The notes beneath the pieces are model-generated. The model saw only the letters and a program-made list of their open reading frames with translations. It was not told the origin of the DNA and ran no database searches. The translations under genes were made by a program, and so were the position numbers. Source: an uncultured Planctomycetaceae bacterium (GTDB taxonomy: Bacteria > Planctomycetota > Planctomycetia > Planctomycetales > Planctomycetaceae). Taken from it: a stretch of 64,000 nt of DNA. Where the stretch lies: the NCBI GenBank assembly GCA_963813715.1, contig CAWFAK010000005.1, forward strand, positions 1,088,001-1,152,000, written 5' to 3'. Below, piece by piece: positions 1 to 11,042 of the stretch (the stretch's first letter is position 1; every line of letters starts with the position of its first letter).

Positions 1-69
1 GACAAAAGACATCCTTGCTGGTGGTGGGGATCCTTTTTTCACACAGGGGAGAAAGAGATCCCCGCGCGC

Positions 70-204
70 GGGACAAGTTGACCCGCCGGGTCCGCCAAAA
101 GTGGTCCCGCCGGGACGGGTCCCTCACAATTGAGATAAGGGGGGTGGACCCACCGAGGAGAGTCCCACCGGTCAGCGGCTGACCGGTTAGCGGCAATCCG
201 GCCC
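70..204. repeat. ~135-bp palindrome-rich repeat module A, copy 1 (inverted copy at 31453-31588)
   Basis: Reverse complement aligns almost base-for-base with 31453-31588; internal hairpins such as GTCCCGCCGGGAC and ACCGGTCAG-CGG-CTGACCGGT. Confidence 0.9.
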
Positions 205-229
205 AACAATCGGGACGGGACACGAATTC

Positions 230-270
230 GTAGGGTGTCGACCAGGCCGCGTCGCGGCCGCAGGCACACC
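230..270 (+). repeat. GTAG-type REP-like palindrome
   Basis: Starts with GTAG, followed by GGTGT...ACACC and GGCCGC...GCGGCC stems. Confidence 0.5.
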
Positions 271-293
271 AGTTCTTCCTTCGCCCGATGAGG

Positions 294-337
294 CCCCCTC
301 ACCCCCGACCCCCTCTCCCGCCCAGGGGCGAGGGGAG
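294..337 (+). repeat. REP-like hairpin B (CCCCTCACCCC..CCCTCTCCC...GGGCGAGGGG)
   Basis: Related copies on the - strand at about 31083-31129, 31603-31629+32845-32858 (split by IS110) and 32996-33038. Confidence 0.8.
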
Positions 338-360
338 AAGAGTTGGGATGGGACGGGACA

Positions 361-1872
361 GAATGGCACTAACTCAAGCCGGAAGGAGTTGGCAGTTGGA
401 AGTTTATGTCGGGTGAGGAGCGTGACGGAATGCGTCTCTGAGGAATCCCGGCCTCCTGCGAGAATGAGGTTGCTAAACGACCCATTTCCACAGGAGGCCA
501 AGGATGGCGCCATTTATCGAGTCTGTTTTGGAGCAGGTCAAGGGGGATGTGACCGAGGCGCTTTCGCCCGAGCGGATCGAGCAGATCTGTCGCGAACTCA
601 ATCACGTGTGGCGCGACTGCACACTCAATCCGATCACCACCGTCTATGCGTTCCTGCGGCAGGTCTTGGCGGGCAACATCGCCTGTGATCACGTGCCCCA
701 TCTCCTGGATCTGGATGTCACCGGCGAGGCCTACTGCAAGGCCCGCGCACGATTGCCGCTGGAACTCTTCCAACGGCTGATGGAGGGGGTGGCGCGTGCT
801 GTTGGTGCGCAAGTGCCTAACTGCTGGCGAGGTCATCGTCTTTGGCACGTGGATGGTTCTGCCTGTTCGATGCCCGACACACCCTCGCTGCAGGAGGCCT
901 TCGGGCAATCGGGGGCTCAGCGGCCCGGCTGTGGATTTCCGGTGGCCCGTCTCCTGACACTGTTTGATGCCAGCACCGGCTTTCTCTTGCGGGTGCTGCC
1001 AGCTCCTTTGCGGTCGCATGACCTGTCGCGGGTTCAGCGCGTGCACGAGGCCTTTCAGCCGAACGACGTGGTCGTCGGCGATCGGGGATTCTGCTCCTAC
1101 GCACATCTGGCACTGCTCAATTTAGCCGGCGTTTTTGCTGTGTTTCGCATCCATCAAGCGACGATCGTCAACTTCCAAAAAAGGCGGCCTTACTCGCCGC
1201 AGAAGCGTGCGAAGAATGTCCCACGCGTGAAGGGACAACCGACGTCCCGCTGGGTCCAGTCGCTGGGCCGACACGATCAAATCGTCGAGGCGTTCAAACC
1301 GACCCAACGGCCATCGTGGATCACCCCGGAAGACTTCGCGCGGCTGCCCGAATCCCTGCTCCTACGGGAGCTGCGCTATCGCATCACTCAACGGGGGTTT
1401 CGAGTCCGCCAGGTGACCCTCGTGACGACGCTCTTGGATCAACGACGTTACCCGGCCGTCGAACTGGCCAACCTCTATCTGAATCGCTGGCAGATCGAGA
1501 CGAATCTCAGGCATCTGAAACAAACGCTCCACATGGACGTGCTGCGCACCAAGACAGTCGACGGGATTCACAAAGAGCTGGCCATGTTCGCCATCGTTTA
1601 CAATCTGGTGCGCTGCGTGATGCTGCGTTCGGCAAAACGCCAGCGCGTGCCGGTGACTCGGACCAGCTTCATCGACGCCCAACGACGACTCTGCCATGCC
1701 CCGCTCAACGCGGCCCCCAGAAATCTGATCGTTGTTCCCCACCGCCCAGGTCGTTGCGAGCCACGCGCCTCTAAGCGACGACCAAAACAATACGATCTCA
1801 TGAACAAACCACGTCGCCAACTTCAACAAGCCCTGATCCACAAACAAGTAACGCCTTAAGTTAGTGCCATTC
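361..1872 (+). mobile_element. IS4-family insertion sequence with 18-bp terminal IRs and 11-bp target-site duplication
   Basis: IRL GAATGGCACTAACTCAAG (361-378), IRR CTTAAGTTAGTGCCATTC (1855-1872); GGGACGGGACA directly repeated at 350-360 and 1873-1883. Confidence 0.95.
504..1859 (+). CDS. IS4-family DDE transposase
   Basis: 451-aa ORF with VDGS and GDRGF acidic motifs and the YREK signature YLNRWQIETNLRHLK; the stop codon lies in the IRR. Confidence 0.95.
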   Translation: MAPFIESVLEQVKGDVTEALSPERIEQICRELNHVWRDCTLNPITTVYAFLRQVLAGNIACDHVPHLLDLDVTGEAYCKARARLPLELFQRLMEGVARAVGAQVPNCWRGHRLWHVDGSACSMPDTPSLQEAFGQSGAQRPGCGFPVARLLTLFDASTGFLLRVLPAPLRSHDLSRVQRVHEAFQPNDVVVGDRGFCSYAHLALLNLAGVFAVFRIHQATIVNFQKRRPYSPQKRAKNVPRVKGQPTSRWVQSLGRHDQIVEAFKPTQRPSWITPEDFARLPESLLLRELRYRITQRGFRVRQVTLVTTLLDQRRYPAVELANLYLNRWQIETNLRHLKQTLHMDVLRTKTVDGIHKELAMFAIVYNLVRCVMLRSAKRQRVPVTRTSFIDAQRRLCHAPLNAAPRNLIVVPHRPGRCEPRASKRRPKQYDLMNKPRRQLQQALIHKQVTP

Positions 1873-2016
1873 GGGACGGGACACGTTGTTTCACCGAGAA
1901 AATCCCGGCGAAATCGCCCCCTCACCCTCGGCCACGCTCTCGCGGTGGAGAGTGGGAAACGGAATTCGGGACGGGACTGATTCAGGAGGACGGGACCCGA
2001 ACATCGGGACGGGATT
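1873..2016 (+). repeat. Repeat block C-B'-D with GGGACGGGA units (inverted copy at 31137-31283; module C again at 33116-33164)
   Basis: GGGACGGGACACGTTGTTTCACCGAGAAAATCCCGGCGAAATCGCCCC occurs three times; CGGGACGGGACTGATTCAGG...GAACATCGGGACGGGATT occurs twice. Confidence 0.9.
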
Positions 2017-2073
2017 GAATCGCGTCGGACCCGACCAGTCCCACCGCTTTGGGCGAAGGCTGGAGACTTTCTT

Positions 2074-2143
2074 ACAGGAGGGAACAGAGGCAACAGAGGT
2101 CGGAAGAATCCGAAATGTCTCCGTTAACTCTGTTACCTCCTGT
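2074..2143. repeat. Imperfect inverted repeat ACAGGAGGGAACAGAG...CTCTGTTACCTCCTGT (REP-like)
   Basis: 25-bp arms with internal AACAGAG tandem units and a 20-bp spacer. Confidence 0.7.
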
Positions 2144-2171
2144 TCAAGAATTCTGGGTGATCGTGCACCGC

Positions 2172-3153
2172 TCAATGCGCTGCGGCCGGTTTTGCGGGGC
2201 GGCGTTCGAAGATGATCACGTGTTGCCAGGGGAGGGCTTCGATCGTTTCGACGTAGGCCAGGTCGAGGTCGGGTTCGGCGGCTTCCCGTTTGACTTGGGC
2301 TTCGGTCATTTTGTGGACGAGCTTGATGGGGACGTTCGGGTCTTCCTTGCGGTACTCGACGAAGGCCACGCGGCCGCCCGGTTTGAGGGACTTGGAGATC
2401 GACCAGAGCATTTCGTACGGGTAGCGGAACTCGTGGTAGACGTCGACCATCAGGGCCAGGTCGACAGTGGCCGGCTTGAGGTTGGGCGACTTCTCGGTGC
2501 CGCGGACCGGCTTCACGTTCGTGATCTTCAGCTGCTTGCAGCGCTTGGCCAGCACGCTGAGCATTTCTTCCTGGATGTCGACGGCGAGCACGGTGCCGGT
2601 CGGTTTGACCTTGTTGGCCATCTTGAACGTGATCACGCCGCTGCCGGCGCCGATGTCGGCCACGACCATGCCGGGGGTGAGCTTGAGCAGCTCGACGAGC
2701 TGGGTGAGGTGTTCTTCGGTTTCGCGCTCGGGGCGTTCGAGCCAGTCGATGCCCTGGTAGCCCATCACGTGGGCGATCTCGCGGCCGAGGTAGAACTTGC
2801 CGATGCCGTTGTGATCGTGCTTCTCGTGAATTTCGTAGCGAGGCTTGTGGCGCGGCTTGTCGAGTTGTTTGGATTTCGACTCGGGTGCGGCCGCGTCGGG
2901 CGGAGCAGTCCCGGCCCGTCGCCGGCGAACAGCGGCTGGGTCGAGAGTAATAAGGAGAAGAAATTGATACGGAGATGGGGCCCAGCCCGAGCATCGGGTT
3001 TCGGGTGGCACTGGCGGCTTGTCCGCCAGTGTCTTTTTTGCCTCTTTTCGGATGTGCGAGCGTGACAGCAAGCAAAGACGAAGACACTGGCGGACAAGCC
3101 GCCAGTGGCACCCAGAAATGAAAGCATGCCACCCGGGAGCGAGAGACGTTCAT
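2172..3153 (-). CDS. Class I SAM-dependent methyltransferase, probably exported; 5' part frameshifted and contains a REP doublet
   Basis: VADIGAGSG motif I and VDVYHE in ORF 2172-3071; likely ATG at 3153 overlapping the upstream stop codon. Confidence 0.85.
3003..3113. repeat. REP doublet: two inverted 31-bp palindromic units
   Basis: GGGTGGCACTGGCGGCTTGTCCGCCAGTGTC (3003-3033) versus GACACTGGCGGACAAGCCGCCAGTGGCACCC (3083-3113), one mismatch. Confidence 0.85.
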
Positions 3154-3398
3154 GGCGTGGCTCCGGCGGCCTGGCCGGTTTTGGTATCGCGGGCGTGGCG
3201 TTGCATGATCGCGCCCCAGTCTTCCGGCGACAGTTTCACCGCTTCGTCGACGAGCAGGATGGGGATATCGTCGCGGATGGCGTACTTGAGCCGGCAGTCG
3301 GGATTCAGGCAGACGAGCCAATCGCCGTCCTGGAGCAGGGGCGTCAACGAGCCCGGGCAGACCAGGACGTTTTCGAGCTCTTTAAATTTGAACGGCAT
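3150..3398 (-). CDS. Trm112-like (UPF0434) protein
   Basis: LVCP...LVC...C..KYAIRDDIPILL pattern; translationally coupled to a methyltransferase. Confidence 0.85.
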   Translation of the reverse strand: MPFKFKELENVLVCPGSLTPLLQDGDWLVCLNPDCRLKYAIRDDIPILLVDEAVKLSPEDWGAIMQRHARDTKTGQAAGATP

Positions 3399-3459
3399 CG
3401 CGAAAGACTCCCATGCGGGCGAACGAGTGCGAATCGGGCTCGCACCCGAGATTTGTCAG

Positions 3460-4500
3460 CTAAAAGCCGCGGACGCGGCGAATGTCGTCGAACTTGCGGA
3501 GGTCGTAACCGAGTCCAACCTCATCCAGAATTCCGCACAGGGCGCGGACGGCCACGCCCATGCCATCGGGGCCGCTGAAGCCGCCGAACTGCCCGCCCCC
3601 TTTGAGGTGCGGCTCGGTTTCGAGGAAGAAGCCCGGCGCGCCGAGGGCCTGCATCCGCCGCTCGAGCGCGGGCAGATACAACTTCAAATCCCGCAGCACG
3701 TCCGGATAACCCGAGTCGCCGCAGTCGGCCGGCACGAAGTTTCGCAGCCGTTCCTCGTCGACGACGCCCGTCCATTCGAGCCCCGGATCGATGCGATAAT
3801 CCTTGACGTGCATCCAGCCGAGGTGGGGCCGCATCGCCTCGTACTCGCGGAAGCATTGCCGCCGGTCCTTGTTCTGGCAGGCGATGTTGCCGCCGTCATA
3901 GATCAGAACGAGAGTTCGGGTGATTGACCTTGTTCGGCCAGCGTGGCCATCAGCTCGCCGGTCGAGCCGACGAGGTTGGGCTCGATCTCCAGGCCGTAGA
4001 CGAGCCCCTCCTTCGCGCAGGCGTCGACGATGGCGCCGATCTGCTCGACCGCCTGCCCGATGTACGGCGTGCGGGTCGGCGCCCAGCGGCGGATAAAAGG
4101 AGAAGCCGCGGACCAGCTTCGTCTCCAGCTCGAGGGCCGTGCGGATCGTGGCGGCGACCTCGCCTTTGAGGTAGTCGGCAAAGGGGACGAACTTGTTGTG
4201 CGACTTGATCCGGCTCGTCGCGGAGCTTCACCTTGCCCACCCGCGACCGATGCTCGTGACGCGGATGCCGTACTCGCGATGGAGGGCTTTGAGCTTTTCG
4301 CGCTGGGCGGCGTCGAGATCGACCACGTGCCGCACGGTCCCCGAGCCGTCGACGTCGACGAACCGCGGGCTGTAGTGCGACAGGCCGACGGCCGCCAACG
4401 CGGTGAGTTGTTCGAGGGCCGTTTTGCGGTTGGCCGCCTCGTCGGCAAAGGCGCTGAGGAATACGCCGGTGCCGGACGGCGAGGAAATCGGGAGTGGCAT
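3460..4500 (-). CDS. Sugar-phosphate isomerase/epimerase (xylose-isomerase-like TIM barrel), frameshifted
   Basis: Pieces LSAFADEA, GLEIEPNL, WMHVKD and LETEPHL in several frames. Confidence 0.8.
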
Positions 4501-4672
4501 GCTGGGATGGAGTCCTTGATGGCGGATGCCATGATTGTAGCGGCAGGGCCCAAGCAACTCACCCGGCACCACTCTGCCAGCTCATCCGGTCAGGTGCCAG
4601 CCCCGCTCGTCGCGTCGTCACCCGCCGCTCAATACAATGTGAGTCATTCCACAGCACGGTTGACCCCCACCC

Positions 4673-5996
4673 ATGAACCCGGCCGTCGATCCCGCCTCTG
4701 CCGCTTCTCCGCCCGCTCGCCGACGCTCGGTCGACGTCCTGCGCGGCGGCATGGTCGGCATGGGGATGATTTTCGACGAAACGTACCGTCCGTTCTTCGA
4801 GCAGGTGCGGGCGACCGGCCTCTACGACCGGTCGTTCGGGACGATCGAAGTTCCGCTGGCGGCCGTCGCGTCGCGCACCGGCAAACGGGCGGAGGCGTAT
4901 CTTGCGTGCAGGCGGCGCGGCCACGGCCGGTGTGAAGAATTTTTCCGGCGCGCAGGCGGTCGAGTCGCTGCTAGCCGCGGGCGTCGATTTCGTCTGCGTC
5001 GCCACTCCCGACGATCGCCATTTCGAGGCCGCCCGAGCAGGCGCTCGAGGCCGGGATGCTCCGTGCTGATCGAAAAGCCGTCCGTGCTGTCGCTCGGGCA
5101 GCTCGACGAATTGCAGGCGATCGCCCGCCGCAAGCAGGTGCTGGCCAAGGTCGTTTATCACAAGCTGCTCGATCCCGATCACAAGAAGCTCCGCACGCTC
5201 GTCCACGACGGCATTCTGTCGCACGTCAACAACGGCTACTGCTCGCTCTTGGAGCCCAAGCAAATTTCCGGGTCGCAGTTTGCCGAGTGGATTCGCGGCC
5301 GCAACCCGGGGACGTATGTCGCCGTCCATTACATCAAGCTGATCGATTTCACGTTCCCGGGCCGGCTGAAGACGGTGACGGCGAGCGGCCAGCGCGGGCT
5401 GGTGGGGCCGAAGGACGGCACGACCTGGGACAGCTGCCAGCTGCGGCTCGATCTACGAATACGAGTCGGGGCGCGAGGCGGCCTTCGACATTCACACGTC
5501 GTGGGTCACGCCGGACAATTTCCCCGGCTATGTCGAGCAGGAAGTGCAGTTCCGCTTCGACAATGGCGTCTGGAACGGCCATTCGCGGAAGCGCGGCATC
5601 GAGTGCACGGTCGAAGGGAAAACGCCGCTGTCGCTCAAGACGACGATGAACAATCACTACAACGGCTCGTTCCTCGAACCGTGGGGCCAGCGCAGCCAGC
5701 GGGGCTACGGGATCGAAGTGATCGAGCGGTTCGTCCGGGAGCTGGCGTACGTCGAGTTCGGCGGCAACGCGGCCGATCGCCCGGCTCGGTTGGAAGAAAT
5801 TGGCCGGCTCAATTACAACGATTTGAGTGCCGACCGGCAGCCCGTCGCCGCCGTTCAGGCACTCGAGGCGATCCTCGAGCGGCAGGCGGCCGGCGAACCG
5901 GATTGCGTGGTGCGTGTCAACGATTCTCGGGGCGGCCTGGTGCTGTACCGACCGGGCTCTGCCGAGCCTACCGTCCTATATCGCGACTCCGTTTAG
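4673..5996 (+). CDS. Gfo/Idh/MocA-family oxidoreductase, frameshifted
   Basis: N-terminal GMVGMGMI Rossmann motif, VATPD..H and VLIEKP; C-terminal part in ORF 5544-5996. Confidence 0.85.
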
Positions 5997-6059
5997 ACCG
6001 TCGTTGGCGTGCCGGCGGCTGTCAGCCCGCCGGTTCGTCTCTTCAAGAACTCTCCATCT

Positions 6060-7466
6060 ATGAACACCGCCATCGAATTCGACGACGAAGAACTCTCCAA
6101 CGCCGCGCGGCGGACGATCGCCGCGAACGAGCCGCTCGCCCAGCGGACCTTCACGCCCAGCCAGGCCGTGTTTGCCAAGAGCGCCGGCTGCTTCCATTGG
6201 ACGCCCGAAGGTCGCCGGCTGTACGACTTCAGCTCGGGCGTGCTGGTGACCAACCTCGGTCACAATCCGACGCGGTGGCTCAAGCGGTTCTTCGACTATC
6301 TCGGCTGGGACGCTGCCAACCTGACCCAAGCGGGCGAATACGCGTCGGCCGCGCCGATGAACGCCTATAACGCCATCACGCCGATCGAGTCGGCGGCCGT
6401 CGAGCGGCTGATCAAGAGCCTGCAGTCGCGGCCGGGCGGGCGGCGGCTCAACAGCGTGATGTGGTCGGCCTCGGGCTCCGAGGCGATCCAGAAGGCGCTC
6501 TGGGCCTGCCTGCATCGCGACGAAAAACGCGACGTGATCCTGGCCACGCGATACGGCTTCCACGGCAAGAAGGGACTCGCCGGCGCCGTGACCGGGTGCG
6601 AGACCGATCACGACCGCGACCCGCGCGTCCGCTTCATCAGCTTCCCGATGGCCGAGGTCGACGACGTCTCGAAGTACGAGCACACCTTCGCCCCGAACGC
6701 CTACAGCACCGAGTTGGACATCCTCTGGAACGAGCTGGGCCCGCGGATCGGTTGCCTGATCACCGAGCCTTACCTGGGGGGCGGCGGCAGCTATCACCCG
6801 CCGGCCGCCTACCTCAACATGCTGCAGAACGTTCTGCCGGCAAGCATCACATCTTATTCATTCTCGACGAGGTGCAGGCGAACTTCGGCCGCACGGGCCC
6901 GCTGTACGCCTTCGAGCGATACGGCCTCGAGCCCGACTTCGTCTGCCTGGGCAAAGGTCTGGGGAACGGCATTCCCGTCAGTGCGGCCGTCGGACGCGGC
7001 GACGTGATGGCCTGCTTGAACTATGGCGACGCGTCGGATACGTGGAGCGCCAACCCGATCTCCTGCGCGGCCGTGCTGGCCACCTTGGACGAGTTCGAGA
7101 CGACGGACGTGCTCGAGCACGCCCAGGCCATCTCGCAGATTTTCTTCCGCGGCCTGATTCGGCTGCAGGAAACCTCGGTGATCAAAAAGGTCCGCGGCGA
7201 GGGGATGGTGTTCGGCATCGAGTGCGGGCCGGCTGGCCGGACTGACCGCGAACCAGGTGGCCAACCAGGTCGTCGAGGCGTGTTACGTCGGCAAGCCGGG
7301 GGGTGACGGCATCCATTTTCTCGGGCCGCTGGCCGGCTGCGTTTTGCGGGTCGCTCCGCCGCTGACGATCACGGCCGAAGAAGCCGAAGCGTCGCTCGAC
7401 CTGCTGTTTTCCCTGGTGTCCGAGCTCGAAGCCCGGCTGCGGGGGGCGGGGGCGGCCGTCACCTGA
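6060..7466 (+). CDS. Class III (PLP) aminotransferase, frameshifted
   Basis: SGSEAI, GFHG, ITEP, DEVQANFGRTG and CLGKGLGNG motifs across frames. Confidence 0.9.
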
Positions 7467-7645
7467 AATCGCGGGGCGGACCGCCCGCGGCACCGCGTTC
7501 CCCTCTTTGACGATATCTCTCCCAGTTTCCCATTGACCCCAACTCTGCTTTGGCACATGATTCGGCCCCCATTTCGACCCAGGACCGTATGGACCGCGCA
7601 GACAGTCTCTTACTCTCGCCTGACGGCGAGTCGGCCGCACCCCGC

Positions 7646-9132
7646 ATGAGCGACGCGACCTCCGCCAGCCCCGATCCGCACAAGCCGGATCGCTTTGAGC
7701 AGGAACGTCTCAAGAAGCTTGAGGCGATCGAGGCCCTCGGTCTCGATCCGTGGGGCCATCGTTTCGACGGGCATATCGCGATTGCCGAAGCCCGTGCGAA
7801 GGCGCCGACCGAGTCGGGTGTCACCGGTGAAGCCGTCCGCGTCGCGGGGCGGCTCATGCTCCGCAACAACAAGGGCAAGCTCAAGTTCTATCACCTGCAG
7901 GACGCCACTGGCCGCATTCAGTTGATGGTCTCCAAGGCCGACGTCTCGGAGACGCAATGGAAGCTGATCGAGAACCTCGACCTGGCGGACATCGTCGGCG
8001 TTGACGGCACGCTGCGCCTGACCAACACGGGTGAAGTCACCGTCTTCGTCCAAGAGCTGACGATTTTGGGCAAGTCGCTGGCGCAGCCGCCGGAGAAGTT
8101 CCACGGCGCCGCGCGACACCGAGATGCTGCTGCGGCAGCGCTATCTCGATCTGATCTATAGCGAGGGCGTCCTGCCGCGGATGCTCAAGCGGACCAAGAT
8201 CCTCGAATCGGTCCGCGACACGCTGCGAGCGCACAAATACCTCGAGGTCGAGACGCCCGTGCTGCAGGCGATTGCCGGCGGCGCGGCGGCCCGGCCCTTC
8301 GTCACGCACCACAACGCGCTCGATATTCCGCTTTATCTGCGGATTGCGCTCGAGCTGTATCTCAAGCGGCTGATGGTGGGCGGCATCGAGCGGGTCTTCG
8401 AGATCGGCCGCGTGTTCCGCAACGAAGGCGTCGACAGCACGCACAATCCCGAATTCACGATGCTGGAGCTGTACCAGGCCTACGGCAACTACGAGACGAT
8501 GATGGACCTGACGGAGGCCATCGTCGTCAACGCCGTGCGGGCCGTCAGCGAAACGTCGACGATTCCGTGGCGCGGCGTCACGGTCGATTTTGCCTCTCCC
8601 TGGCCGCGAAGAAAATACGCCGAGCTGTTCGAACAGTACGCCGGCTGCTCGATGCGCGACGCGGAGGCGGTCGCCGCGATCGCCCGCAAGCACGGCTTCG
8701 AGACGAACGGCGTGCATCCGGACGTGGTGATTCAAGAGGTCTTCGAGACGCTGGTCGAGCCACACCTCGAAGGGCCGGTGTTCGTCATCGATTACCCGGC
8801 CTCGCTCTGCCCGCTCACCAAGCGGAAGGCGGACGATCCGAACATTGCCGAGCGGTTCGAGCTCTACGTGCGGGGCATGGAGCTGGCCAACGCCTACACC
8901 GAACTCAACGATCCGCGGCTGCAGGAACAGCTCTTCAGCACGCAATTGGCCGGCTTGCCGCCGGAAGAGTCGATGGCCCGCATGGATCACGATTTCATTC
9001 GAGCGCTCAAGGTCGGCATGCCCGCGGCCGGCGGCATGGGCCTCGGGCATCGACCGGCTGGTGATGTTGTTGACTGACAGTTACAGCATCCGCGACGTGA
9101 TCTTTTTCCCGCTGTTGAAGCCGGAGACCTGA
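7646..9132 (+). CDS. lysS: Lysine--tRNA ligase (class II), frameshifted
   Basis: OB-fold N-terminus, [41 protein letters not shown] and IRDVIFFP. Confidence 0.97.
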
Positions 9133-9246
9133 CGTCCGAAGGAGACGCGGCGCCTCATCGAGGAGGCGCCTGGGGGCCGGCGGACCCGGTTCGGCCCCGC
9201 GACCGAGTAAAACGGATTTGACCTCGACAAGCCAAAGGACTGGCGA

Positions 9247-10952
9247 ATGTACAAGGCCTTTCTCTCCCTGCGGTATCTGCGGACCCGCTACATCGCGATG
9301 GCGTCGATCGTCAGCGTGATGTTGGGCGTGGCGACGATGATCGTCGTCAACAGCGTCATGAAGGGGTTCACCTCCGAGATGCGGGGCCGCATCCAGGGGC
9401 TCTTGTCCGACATCGTCATCGAGACCAATTCGCTCGACGGACAACGCGACGCCCAGGAGCAGTTCGAGCTGCGCTCGCAAAGTCTGCGGCGACAAAATCG
9501 CCGGCATGACGGCCACCGTCGAGGTTTGGGGCCTGGTCACGTTCAATTTTGGCGGCCAGTGGACGACGCGGCCGATCACGCTGATCGGCATTCAGCCGGA
9601 CGAAAAAGCCACCGTCGGCCCGCTGGTTCAGTATCTCGAGAGTTATCACACGGTCAAAGACGGCAAGAAAGCCATTCGGCAGCCGCTCCGCACGGATGAT
9701 GAACGGCCCGGTTGGGACCTCACCGCCGAGGCTAAGGGCTGGCGACACGAAGTGAATCAGCGGCGCAAATGGATCGAAGAGCGGCTCGACGCGCCGCGCG
9801 AGTCGCCCAGTGAGGGCGACGAGCACGGCTCCCACCTGGCCAACGTCAGCCACAGCCAACCCGCCGGACAAAAAACGCCGGCTGGCAACGGCGTCGCGCA
9901 GGCGGGTCCGCATTTTCCCGCGCCCAACACGCAGTCACCAAACACCGCGCCTTCGCCCCCCGCCGGAGCGCCAAGCCGCTGCCCAACGCACAGGCCAGCG
10001 ATGATCCGTTCAGCAAAGACGCGACTCCGGTGCCGACACCGCCGCAAAAGCCCGCCAACGACGACGAGCCGCAAGTCGCGCGCATCTATATCGGGGCGGG
10101 ATTGGTCCGCTTCCCCTACGAAGATCCGAAGACCGGCGAGCGGCGGATGATCGAAATGGTTCGTCCCGGAGAGGACGTGACGATCAGCACGGTGAGCGCG
10201 GGCCGTCCGCCCAAGCGCGAAGACTTTGCGGCCACCGTCGTCGACATCTTCAAGTGCGGGATGAGCGAATACGACTCGAACCTGGTCTTCTGCAATCTCG
10301 ACGAACTGCAGAAGGTTCGCGGCATGATTGAACCCGATCACCCCAACGATCCGCATGGTCGGAGCGTGACATCGATCCAGATCAAGCTCAAGGACTTTGC
10401 CGACGCGCCGGAGGTCATCGAGCGATTGCAGGCCGTCTTCTCGCCAGGCCTCTACACCATCAAAACCTGGGAGCAGAAGCAGGGGCCGCTGTTGGCCGCC
10501 GTCGAGATCGAGACGGGCATCTTGAACGTGCTCTTGTTCTTGATCATCGCGGTCGCCGGCTTCGGCATTCTGGCGATCTTTTACATGATTGTCGTCGAAA
10601 AGACGCGGGACATCGGCATCTTGAAGGCGCTCGGCGCCAGCTCTAGCGGCGTCCTGAGCATCTTCCTGTCGTATGGCCTGGCGCTGGGAGTCGTCGGCAG
10701 CGGCGTGGGCGTGGCGCTGGGACTGTTCTTCGTCCGCTATATCAACGAGCTCGAAGCGATACTGACTGCCGTGACGGGCCGCAAGGTCTTTGACGACAAG
10801 GTCTATTACTTCCCCGAGATTCCTACGAGTGTGCAGCCGGGAATGGTCTTTTGGGTGACGTGCGGAGCGATTGCGATTGCCGTGATGGCCAGCGTGTTGC
10901 CGGCGCGTCGCGCGGCCCGTTTGCGCCCGTGGAAGCCCTGCGCTACGAATGA
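9247..10952 (+). CDS. Lipoprotein-releasing ABC permease LolC/E-like with a long Pro-rich insertion, frameshifted
   Basis: LSLRYLR...SVMLGVATMIVVNSVMKGF, VVEKTRDIGILKALG and PARRAARL. Confidence 0.9.
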
Positions 10953-11042
10953 TGCTTGAAGGAGGGAACGCCATGACGAAGATGATTTCCCGCGTCGTGT
11001 CCGCACCGGCACTGGTGCCGGTGCGCCAACTCACCCACGAGC

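Noticed and set aside
7646..9132. Pseudogene or programmed frameshift calls for lysS and other split genes
   Set aside because: Indels are scattered over many unrelated, otherwise intact genes including essential ones; sequencing error is the simpler explanation
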